A stretch of DNA of 64,000 nucleotides from Bacteroidales bacterium (GTDB lineage: Bacteria; Bacteroidota; Bacteroidia; Bacteroidales; GCA-2748055), in NCBI GenBank assembly GCA_030589895.1, contig JAUUZQ010000001.1, positions 31,545 through 95,544 of the forward strand, in the 5' to 3' direction. Position numbers and translations under genes: made by a program. Of the stretch, positions 56,249-64,000 are shown in pieces. Below the pieces are notes generated by a model. It did no database searches and had not been told where the DNA came from. It worked only from the letters and a program-made list of their open reading frames with translations. Positions within the stretch are counted from its first letter, which is position 1. Each line of letters opens with the position of its first letter.

Positions 56249-56797
56249 CTACTCTTCTTCTACCAGCGTGTAAATTTCCGGCAGATTTCTTCCGTAGCCA
56301 TTGTAATCGAGTCCATAGCCCAATACAAAATCGTTCGGAATTTCCAGTCCGACATAATCCAGCGTCACCTTCATTTTTGTAGCATCAGGTTTATGCAACA
56401 TAGTAGCAACAATAATTTCCTTAGGCTGGTAACCGCTTAACTGACGAATAATCGTATCAAGTGTAATCCCGGTGTCAACAATATCCTCCAGTACAATGAC
56501 CACTCTGTCTTTCAGTTCCTGATTAATGCCAATCAGTTGTTTTACTGTTCCGGTTGTGGTTGTGCCTTCATAGGAAGCCAGCTTCAGAAATGTAATCTGA
56601 CAAGGAACTGTAATCTGTTTAAACAGGTCACTGGCAAACATAAATGCACCATTTAATATTCCCAAAAATATAGGGTTTTTATCGACCAGATCCCTGTTCA
56701 TTTCATCTGCAATACGCTTTACCTCAGCTTGAATAGTAGCTTCCGGTATAGAAGTTTCGAATGTGAGATCGAGAACTTTTATTTGATTTTTCGGCAT
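56249..56797 (-). CDS. hpt: Hypoxanthine phosphoribosyltransferase
   Basis: 182 aa with the PRPP loop VIVLEDIVDTGITL. Confidence 0.9.
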   Translation of the reverse strand: MPKNQIKVLDLTFETSIPEATIQAEVKRIADEMNRDLVDKNPIFLGILNGAFMFASDLFKQITVPCQITFLKLASYEGTTTTGTVKQLIGINQELKDRVVIVLEDIVDTGITLDTIIRQLSGYQPKEIIVATMLHKPDATKMKVTLDYVGLEIPNDFVLGYGLDYNGYGRNLPEIYTLVEEE

Positions 56798-57043
56798 AGA
56801 TTTGAAAGTTTGTGCGAAGGTAGTGAAATGAATGTAGAATGTAAAACAGGGAATGTAGATTTTTGATGGTCATGTGTTCTACTGCTAAAGAGCTCAAATA
56901 CCTCCTCAAAATACTGGCTCAGCATACAATAGTGTTTTACAGTTAGCCTTTTTTAATCCTATCAATTATCCTGAGGGTATAATCGGCCATAAAAAGTGGG
57001 ATATTAAGTAAACCTTTATCGAGAATGAGAGAAGGATGGTGAG

Positions 57044-57075
57044 GAAAAACCTGCGCCGTTTTCACAACGCAGGTT
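57044..57075 (-). terminator. Rho-independent terminator after the beta-helix T9SS gene
   Basis: The minus strand reads AACCTGCG-N12-CGCAGGTT followed by TTTCC, 32 nt after the stop. Confidence 0.5.
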
Positions 57076-57106
57076 CAAGGCTCCACTATTGAGAAAGACC
57101 GGACTA

Positions 57107-60100
57107 CTATGCAACCACCAATTTACACGTGGAGATTTTATCTGATATTAACCTTACGAAATAGATTCCGCTCTTCAACTGCGACACATCAAACTGCACT
57201 TCATGTTCGCCGGGTTGACGCTCTTCGCTGAGTAATACTAATTGCTCCTGTCCAAGAAGATTGAAAATGCTTAATCGAACCAAGTTGGTATCATCCATAT
57301 TGAATCGTATGGTTGTCATCTGGTTTGCAGGATTAGGGTAGATGTATAATGAATTCAAATCCGGGTCCTCGTATGGAAGAATACCACTTGGCGAAATCAC
57401 CACTATTTCATTAACAGCAATCCCGGTAGTATCCACAATTTCAAATTCAATAGTACCTTCACACAGTCCTTCAAAAACATTGCTGTTGTACTCAACACCA
57501 TCCATATAAAACCTATATGGTGGAATTCCTCCCTCAACAACAAGCTTCACTGAAGCACCACAGTGAGAATTTCCGGGATCCATTTCTGCTGTCATTTCAA
57601 AATAATCCAACAACACAAATTCCGATTCAATAGCGCCCAGGTCAACAAGATTATTATCATTGCCCTCATAAGGTCTTGGGTTTCCATACATATCCAATGG
57701 AGGAGCATAATAGGTCTCGCCTTCCACCTCTATCGACTCAGCACCACGGTCGATGCAAAGGCTTGATTGATAAAATTCATAAGTACCCGGCATGAAATTC
57801 GGATCACCGGAGAAATCATAGCGACTATCACTCCCGTCTTGAATGCAATTATAATAAGTAAGGAACGTTCCTTCATTTCCTGATGAATATGTTCCGTTAT
57901 ATAATTCCTCCCCCTTAGCAAGCGTGGACTCATTCCAAAAAATATTATTAAAGAGCAAGGGTTTTATATTATGGTTGAACATGCCTCCTCCATACTCAGC
58001 TTTATTGCCAGTAATTGTGTTATTATAAATTATTGGAACCGGGTTAACAGCATTGGTAAAGACATGGCTATTATCTCCCCAGAAAGCAATACCTCCACCG
58101 TAATGCTGTGAAATATTGTCTGCAATAATATTATTATAGATTTCATAGTTTGAAACTTCATCCCTGAAGGCCGTTCCCTCAACAAATATGTAGGAATATA
58201 TTCCTGCTCCAACAGCATATGATCCAAATATCTCATTTTCAATAATCCGATTATTTCTTATAATAATAATTGCATCAAATGGTGATTTAGTCAACATGCA
58301 AATCCCTCCTCCAATTGATACTCCACTCCCTAATTCAGTGGATATGTTGTTGGCTATTTCATTATCTTCACATAATAGATACCCACGAGTATTTGCTAGC
58401 CCCAATCCTGCACCTTGAACATAATCATATGAACTTGCAACATTATTGCAAATCCGGTTATTCCTGAATACCACATTCAATTCATCTCCCACCATTACTC
58501 TTACGCCAGCACCAAATACAACATAATCTTCTGAATGCAAACTATTTTCGGTAATAGTATTATTTATGATCTTTCCTCCTGAATAGTCGATTAAGACTCC
58601 TCCTCCTGTAATTGAATGACTATCCATTTCTTCGGTATAAAACAAACTTCCCTCTCCTCCTGTTATTGTAAAGCCATTCAATACAGAAGTTGAGTCCTCA
58701 CCCGAATTCAATATTACTACCGAAGTTGTATCAGGATCTATCGGCATACTCCCATCAATCACAGTTTGAGAAATATGCGTATCATCCTCATCCATCATGA
58801 ACTTGCTGGCTACTGTGATTGCTTTCCCTCTATAATTGATATTTTCATAATATACTCCTTCCTTCACAAGTACGGTATCACCATCAACTGCCACATCGAT
58901 TGCTGCCTGAATAGTTTCTTCTTCATCAGGCACATTGATTACCTGGTCTGAATCGTACTCTGTGATCTGCCTGTTGTAGAGTGATTCAATAGCGCCCTGA
59001 TCGAGCTCCTGATCGGTGGAGGCCATCAAGCGATTGGTACCTTCATAATCAAACTCCGGAGCATAGTAAACTTGACCAGCTACCATAACAGAATCAATTC
59101 CCCGACCGATAGACGGACTGTTTTCATCTAATGTAAACGCCTGCTGATCTATGAGAGGATCTTGCTCAATATTTCCCACACCAGGATAAGCTCCTTTGAT
59201 ATTATTAAAATAGGATTGGAATTTGCCGCGATTAGGATACCACACATTGTAATTAATGTCTTCCATGCTAATTTCCCTTGCCTTTCCAGAAATGGAATTG
59301 TTCCATATGATATTATTGAATAGCAAGGCATTCATCTCAAAATTAAAAATCCCGGCTCCCTCATTAGCAGTATTCCCAACAATGGAATTGTTATAAATCA
59401 GGGGATTGGGGTGCTCAATATCATAGGATCCATTTACCTGGTCCCAAATAGCCAGGCCTCCACCCCTGTCTTGTGAATAGTTATTCGCGATCAAATTATT
59501 ATAAATTCTAATCCCTGCTTTTCCTCCATCATATCCCGATCCCAAGGTGATAAATGTTAAGAATATCCCTCCTCCCTGGCTAGCCTCACAATTGATTTCA
59601 TTTTCATAAATCGAATTATCGCGTACAATTAAGGTCGCATCCCAAGGATGAGCGCTAGCCAACATAATTCCACCTGCATTTGCCTTCCATGTCCCTGTAC
59701 ATGTTGATCTATTTTTAGTCACGTGATTTTGCTCAATAAGAGTGAATCCAAATTCTGTACCAGCATTAATTCCTCCACCCTGAGCATATGTATTTGATTT
59801 AATTTCATTCATTTGAACAAGATTATTTCGAATTACAACAGGATTGTTATTAGAATTCATACTACTTATACCTCCTCCTAAAACCATCATATTAGTAGCA
59901 TAAACTTGATTGTTAGTTACAATATTACTCACAATTTTTCCTCCAGTATTACCAAGATTAATGCCTCCACCGACTTTCAATGTTCCTAAACCAGGAAATA
60001 CCACAACAGATCCTGCTCCTCCGGTAACAGTAAAACCTTTTAATATTGAAGTCGTATCAGTATCATTACTGAAAGTGACTACCGATGCTTTATCCGGATC

Positions 60101-60364
60101 AACTGCCTTGCTCCCATCTATAATCGTTTGGGCAATATGTGCTTCATCCTCATCAAGAATAAATTTACTAGCCACAGTAATGGCTTTTCCATTAAAATTG
60201 ATGTTCTCATAATAAATCCCCTCTGCTACCAATATTGTATCACCATCAACTGCCACATCGATCGCTGCCTGTATAGTAGTTTGATCACCCGGCACATGGA
60301 TGATTTGTGCGCTGATGAACTGAGCCATCAGTAAAATTGAAAGAATCATGGCAAATTTTTTCAT
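57107..60364 (-). CDS. T9SS-secreted protein with two tandem right-handed beta-helix modules
   Basis: Signal peptide. The two modules open with IHVPGDQTTIQAAIDVAVDGDTILVAEGIYYENINFNGKAITVASKF and INVPDEEETIQAAIDVAVDGDTVLVKEGVYYENINYRGKAITVASKF. The sorting domain is LYIYPNPANQMTTIRF...GIYFVRLISDKISTCKLVVA. Confidence 0.8.
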   Translation of the reverse strand: MKKFAMILSILLMAQFISAQIIHVPGDQTTIQAAIDVAVDGDTILVAEGIYYENINFNGKAITVASKFILDEDEAHIAQTIIDGSKAVDPDKASVVTFSNDTDTTSILKGFTVTGGAGSVVVFPGLGTLKVGGGINLGNTGGKIVSNIVTNNQVYATNMMVLGGGISSMNSNNNPVVIRNNLVQMNEIKSNTYAQGGGINAGTEFGFTLIEQNHVTKNRSTCTGTWKANAGGIMLASAHPWDATLIVRDNSIYENEINCEASQGGGIFLTFITLGSGYDGGKAGIRIYNNLIANNYSQDRGGGLAIWDQVNGSYDIEHPNPLIYNNSIVGNTANEGAGIFNFEMNALLFNNIIWNNSISGKAREISMEDINYNVWYPNRGKFQSYFNNIKGAYPGVGNIEQDPLIDQQAFTLDENSPSIGRGIDSVMVAGQVYYAPEFDYEGTNRLMASTDQELDQGAIESLYNRQITEYDSDQVINVPDEEETIQAAIDVAVDGDTVLVKEGVYYENINYRGKAITVASKFMMDEDDTHISQTVIDGSMPIDPDTTSVVILNSGEDSTSVLNGFTITGGEGSLFYTEEMDSHSITGGGVLIDYSGGKIINNTITENSLHSEDYVVFGAGVRVMVGDELNVVFRNNRICNNVASSYDYVQGAGLGLANTRGYLLCEDNEIANNISTELGSGVSIGGGICMLTKSPFDAIIIIRNNRIIENEIFGSYAVGAGIYSYIFVEGTAFRDEVSNYEIYNNIIADNISQHYGGGIAFWGDNSHVFTNAVNPVPIIYNNTITGNKAEYGGGMFNHNIKPLLFNNIFWNESTLAKGEELYNGTYSSGNEGTFLTYYNCIQDGSDSRYDFSGDPNFMPGTYEFYQSSLCIDRGAESIEVEGETYYAPPLDMYGNPRPYEGNDNNLVDLGAIESEFVLLDYFEMTAEMDPGNSHCGASVKLVVEGGIPPYRFYMDGVEYNSNVFEGLCEGTIEFEIVDTTGIAVNEIVVISPSGILPYEDPDLNSLYIYPNPANQMTTIRFNMDDTNLVRLSIFNLLGQEQLVLLSEERQPGEHEVQFDVSQLKSGIYFVRLISDKISTCKLVVA

Positions 60365-60613
60365 AGTTGTAGTTTTTATTAGTGTATTGTAATCATATGC
60401 AAGTATTGTTTGTTCCTTTTTTACTAATTGATAATTGAAATCTAAGACCTGTTTCCAATGAAGGCCTCATTTATTAAAGACAGGTAAGGAGGATAATACA
60501 CGTAGGTAATCCCGTTTAGGATTCTTCTGATATACTGATGAAGTCTGCTTTCAGTCTGTAAATCCGAATAAAAGTGGAGATAAAAAAAATATGGAATCAG
60601 GGCAGATTGATTG

Positions 60614-61906
60614 CTATCGCTTAATTACTTTATGTGTAGCCAAAATTTTGTTGGATTTTATAATGATGAAGTAAAATCCTTCGGGGAGTCCGGAAAGATC
60701 CACTTTGTAGTCTGATCCACTAAACTTACCGCTAAATAGTTGCCTACCGCTGAGTGAGGTAAGGGCTACCTGATAATCACCTTGCATATTTGTTTTAATA
60801 GCAACTTGGTCTCTGGATGGATTTGGAAAGATGCTAATGGTTTTAGACGGATGATTTGGGATACTGGCAGGTTTCAGATCATATTCCCATGTGTTTGCTT
60901 CCGCCTTGCCATGAATAGTATTAAAACCTCCAAAAAGGAATATTTTATCGTTCACAACCTCCATAGTATGCGCAGTCCTTCCTTTCGGAAGTGATCCAAA
61001 TTCAGTCCACATGTCCGTTAGCGGATTATATTTCAGCATGCTCTTTTTTGCTATCGTAGGAATAAGGTTTTTTCGGCCACCAATAATATAAATTTCTCCA
61101 TTATAGACAAACTGATTTGTCAGATCACACAATTCAAAGGGTAGCTCAGTTCCCTCACTCCATCGATCAGTTTCAGGATCATAAATCTCTACACTGGTAA
61201 TTCCCAGTCCCGAACTTATCATTGCATTATTATTAATTCCTCCAATGGCATAAACCTTGCCATCGAGGGACAAAACAGCATGAGCAAATCTTGCGATCTG
61301 CAAATCTCCGATCCTGCTCCAAACATCTTTTCTGGTATCATATTTGTAGGCATTAGTAAGCGGATTATAGTCTTCATCAACGCCCCCGATGACATATATT
61401 ATCCCATCGATCTGGCATGTATGCCCCATGGTCTTTCCCGGGTAATTTGCCCTTGATTGCCACGTTTCTATCGAGGGATCATATACGTCAACACTCAGAT
61501 AAATATACATGTGTTCATTATCATCGAATACAATTCCACCCATCACATAAATTTTTCCCTCCACCTCGCAAGTATTTAAATGCGCACGTTGGATATGGGT
61601 AGTCGTTCTGCTTGTGTCCCAGGAATCAGTTTCAGGATCGTAAATATCAAGTTCATTGTAATAAACGAAATGTCCATTTAGCTCCCTGCTAAATCCTCCA
61701 ATAATAAATATTTTACCATTATGAACAAATGAGGCATGCCCCTGCCTTGCAATCGGCATTGGAGCTTTTGTTGTATCCCATGAGGCTTGGGAGGATCGAT
61801 AGAATTCAAATTTCTGAGCCCTTAGGGTATGATGGCAGAACAGGGGCAGGAGCATGCTGCACAGAAATACAAATACTTTAACATTACATCGATTTACGCA
61901 GCTCAT
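60614..61906 (-). CDS. Kelch-repeat T9SS-secreted protein
   Basis: About six Kelch-like blades (GKIFIIGG, GKIYVMGG, GIIYVIGG, GKVYAIGG, GEIYIIGG, DKIFLFGG). The sorting domain is ISIFPNPSRDQVAIKT...GFYFIIIKSNKILATHKVIKR. Confidence 0.8.
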   Translation of the reverse strand: MSCVNRCNVKVFVFLCSMLLPLFCHHTLRAQKFEFYRSSQASWDTTKAPMPIARQGHASFVHNGKIFIIGGFSRELNGHFVYYNELDIYDPETDSWDTSRTTTHIQRAHLNTCEVEGKIYVMGGIVFDDNEHMYIYLSVDVYDPSIETWQSRANYPGKTMGHTCQIDGIIYVIGGVDEDYNPLTNAYKYDTRKDVWSRIGDLQIARFAHAVLSLDGKVYAIGGINNNAMISSGLGITSVEIYDPETDRWSEGTELPFELCDLTNQFVYNGEIYIIGGRKNLIPTIAKKSMLKYNPLTDMWTEFGSLPKGRTAHTMEVVNDKIFLFGGFNTIHGKAEANTWEYDLKPASIPNHPSKTISIFPNPSRDQVAIKTNMQGDYQVALTSLSGRQLFSGKFSGSDYKVDLSGLPEGFYFIIIKSNKILATHKVIKR

Positions 61907-62077
61907 TTTATCTAAATATTATCGAAAAATTGAACTAACTAAGCTTCTCTTTTTTATAGGCCTTTTATCAAATTTACAAAAGAAAGTAATATACTATCAT
62001 CAAAATCATTGACTTAGATAGATTTTAATTGTAATTTAGATATTATAAAAATAAGATTTCTTTCATTTTAGAATGCA

Positions 62078-62671
62078 ATGAGAGATAAAATGGCTTCGCC
62101 GGATAAAATTGAAATTCTTTTCAGGGAATATTTCAGACCCCTGACGGTATTCGCAATGCAATACGTTAAAATACAACCTCTTGCAGAAGATATAGTGCAA
62201 GATTTGTTTGTTTACCTCTATGAAAGGAAAGATACCATGCCTGAGAGCGACTTTCCTACTAATTATTTGTATACCCTTGTACGCTATCGCTGTCTGAATA
62301 ATCTTGCTCATCAAAAAATTAAGAACAAACATAATAGCGAAATACACAAAGGCCTGCATTCAAATCCTCATGATCCGATGGAGCTGGTGGAATTAATTGA
62401 TCTTGAGCACAAATACTTACAGTCATTGGAGAGCCTCACTCCAGCTTGCAGGAAGGTTTTCGAGATGAGCAGAATGAAAGGGAAAAATAATCTGAAAATT
62501 GCCAATGAGTTAAACCTCTCCAGGCGAACTGTTGAAACCCATATTAGCAATGCCTTGAAAATTCTAAAGAAGCAGCTATCAAAGTATTTACCACTTGTTG
62601 TATTAATTTTCTGTTTTGGAAAATTACTTATTACGTACTATTCGATAGTTAACTGTTATATTATTAATTAG
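62078..62671 (+). CDS. ECF-type RNA polymerase sigma-70 factor
   Basis: Region 2 (AEDIVQDLFVYLYE) and region 4 HTH (NLKIANELNLSRRTVETHISNAL). Confidence 0.88.
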   Translation: MRDKMASPDKIEILFREYFRPLTVFAMQYVKIQPLAEDIVQDLFVYLYERKDTMPESDFPTNYLYTLVRYRCLNNLAHQKIKNKHNSEIHKGLHSNPHDPMELVELIDLEHKYLQSLESLTPACRKVFEMSRMKGKNNLKIANELNLSRRTVETHISNALKILKKQLSKYLPLVVLIFCFGKLLITYYSIVNCYIIN

Positions 62672-62705
62672 GGATGTGTCAAATAATCACGATCAGAAGT
62701 AAAAA

Positions 62706-63611
62706 ATGAATAAGAAGGAGACAGACCAGAAGTTGATCCAGTTTCTCAAGGAAGAAAAGAGATTCATCAGCGATATGCAGAATATTGATACAGAGGAGAA
62801 CTGGATCAGATTTCAGAATAGTGTAAGCAAAGATAAGAGCAAGGGAAACAGAACCTTAGGTAAAAAGAACAGGAGCTTGCTCATTTTCAAAATAGCTGCA
62901 AGTATCACTGTATTGATCGCTATCTCATTATCTGTTTATTATGGCTCCATACTTCCAGGAAAGCTTGTTAAACAAATAAGTGCTATTGATAAGAATGTGG
63001 AGGTGAATTTATCAGATGGCAGTAAAGTTTTTCTGAACAGAGGATCGCAACTCATTTTTAATGAAAAATTGCATCGCAATAAAAGGGAAGTGACTCTTTT
63101 GGGAGAAGCATTTTTTGAAATCAAACCATTCAAAAAGATCCCTTTTTATGTACATATTGAAAAATCAACTGTGGAAGTGCTGGAAACATCTTTTAACATC
63201 AAACAGGGAGACAATGGAGTAATATTTGTAAGTGTTCTTTCCGGTAAAGTACGCTTTTTTGAGACTCTGAATGTTGAAAACAGCATTATGCTACTACCCG
63301 GACAGAGAGGTGCTTTTAACAATTGTTCCGCTCAATTTGAATCCGAATCATTTAATTCTGACAACTTCCTGTATTGGAAAACGGATAGCTTATCATTTAA
63401 GCATGAGCCTCTGGATTCTGTATTTATGGAACTTGAAATATATTTTCAGGTTGAAATTATTGTAAATGACAACGCTATACTAAAGAATAGATTAACCACA
63501 ACCTGCAAAGATCAGCAGTTATTTGAGATATTGGATGAAATTGTCATTTTATTCGATATAGAATACACTGCCCGGGGAGATACAATCTTCATTCAAAGTA
63601 AACATCAATGA
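62706..63611 (+). CDS. FecR-family anti-sigma factor
   Basis: One TM helix (IAASITVLIAISLSVYY) and a FecR domain (LSDGSKVFLNRGSQLIF...GEAFFEI). Confidence 0.85.
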   Translation: MNKKETDQKLIQFLKEEKRFISDMQNIDTEENWIRFQNSVSKDKSKGNRTLGKKNRSLLIFKIAASITVLIAISLSVYYGSILPGKLVKQISAIDKNVEVNLSDGSKVFLNRGSQLIFNEKLHRNKREVTLLGEAFFEIKPFKKIPFYVHIEKSTVEVLETSFNIKQGDNGVIFVSVLSGKVRFFETLNVENSIMLLPGQRGAFNNCSAQFESESFNSDNFLYWKTDSLSFKHEPLDSVFMELEIYFQVEIIVNDNAILKNRLTTTCKDQQLFEILDEIVILFDIEYTARGDTIFIQSKHQ

Positions 63612-64000
63612 AACGTTTTGTATTAATCTTTGTTTTAATACTTACCGGTGTCGGGTCTGTTTTTGCACAAGCCTCAAAATTGCAAAAACTTGTAAAAATT
63701 GAAAGTAATAATGGGACAATCGGTTCAATTCTGGAAGAGATAGCTAACTCAGGAGGGTTTTTCATCAGTTATGGACAGGATATTCCACACGACAAACAAA
63801 TTAAATTAAAATGTAAGCAACAAACCGTCCAGCAGTTTCTTGATGAAATGTTTGGGAAGGAGATCTATTGTGTGGAGTATGGTAACAAAATTCTACTCAG
63901 GCTAAAACAGGAATTATCAGAAGAAATAATCATAAGAGGTAAAGTGGTGGAATCTGATACACGTGAACCTCTTCCCGGAGTCACCATTTACATTCCGGGT
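63608..64000 (+). CDS. TonB-dependent receptor with STN domain, N-terminal fragment (runs off the window end)
   Basis: Own translation from ATG 63608 (overlapping the FecR stop by 4 nt): MKRFVLIFVLILTGVGSVFAQASKLQKLVKIESNNGTIGSILEEIANSGGFFISYG...IIRGKVVESDTREPLPGVTIYIPG. This gives an STN domain followed by the start of a CarboxypepD_reg-like domain. Confidence 0.8.
   Translation, partial: MKRFVLIFVLILTGVGSVFAQASKLQKLVKIESNNGTIGSILEEIANSGGFFISYGQDIPHDKQIKLKCKQQTVQQFLDEMFGKEIYCVEYGNKILLRLKQELSEEIIIRGKVVESDTREPLPGVTIYIPG

Noticed and set aside
62063-62359. Minus-strand 98-aa ORF overlapping the second ECF sigma gene.
   Set aside because: It is a shadow ORF, since the plus-strand sigma motifs are unambiguous.
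1-64000. Search for tRNA, rRNA, tmRNA, RNase P, SRP RNA, IS elements, integrases and prophage or defence-island hallmarks.
   Set aside because: I recognised no T-arm GTTCGAATC-type or anticodon-stem patterns, no conserved ncRNA cores (e.g. GAGGAAAGTCC) and no transposase or integrase ORFs. Absence by eye is not proof, and tRNAscan or Infernal should be run.

Overview
This is 64 kb of a low-GC, Bacteroidota-type chromosome. The assignment rests on four type IX secretion (T9SS) C-terminal sorting domains, two ECF-sigma/FecR/STN-TonB trios, many lipoproteins and TAnnTTTG -7 boxes. I found no rRNA, tRNA, CRISPR, transposase or integrase. Most of the window is housekeeping: lon, coaD, pyrE, birA, rsfS-ftsH-DUF2007-cdsA-psd, a flavodiiron protein, yhhQ, plsC, parE-parC-aroK, lplA, a PAP2 phosphatase, obg, adk and hpt. 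Two regions deserve the closest look. (1) 1176-4510 holds a [2Fe-2S] ferredoxin, a sensory [FeFe]-hydrogenase-like PAS protein and a PP2C phosphatase, divergent from a NuoE/NuoF-type operon. The hydrogenase-like domain keeps only one of the four H-cluster cysteines, so it looks like a pseudo-hydrogenase sensor. (2) 19188-35350 is a 16.2 kb block of six tightly packed minus-strand genes. In order they are a TLC/MFS-like transporter fused to HEAT repeats, a sensor-HAMP-PP2C phosphatase, a STAND NTPase with a hydrophobic helix, coiled coil and WD40 repeats, an outer-membrane barrel, a seven-bladed lipoprotein and a 1886-aa T9SS adhesin. I know of no described system with this combination. Other accessory content includes an outer-membrane barrel/DUF3179/lipoprotein trio downstream of an ECF-FecR-TonB-DUF4249 locus. 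There are also two further T9SS cargo genes and an orphan 56-aa T9SS sorting-domain remnant. Several intergenic regions carry unusual low-complexity or tandem repeats: a phased 11-bp array, a 130-bp purine tract built from GTAAAAG-like words that recur elsewhere, 31-bp and 47-bp direct repeats, and a GAGTT-word array. All functional calls come from motif recognition by eye on the supplied translations. No database search was run.
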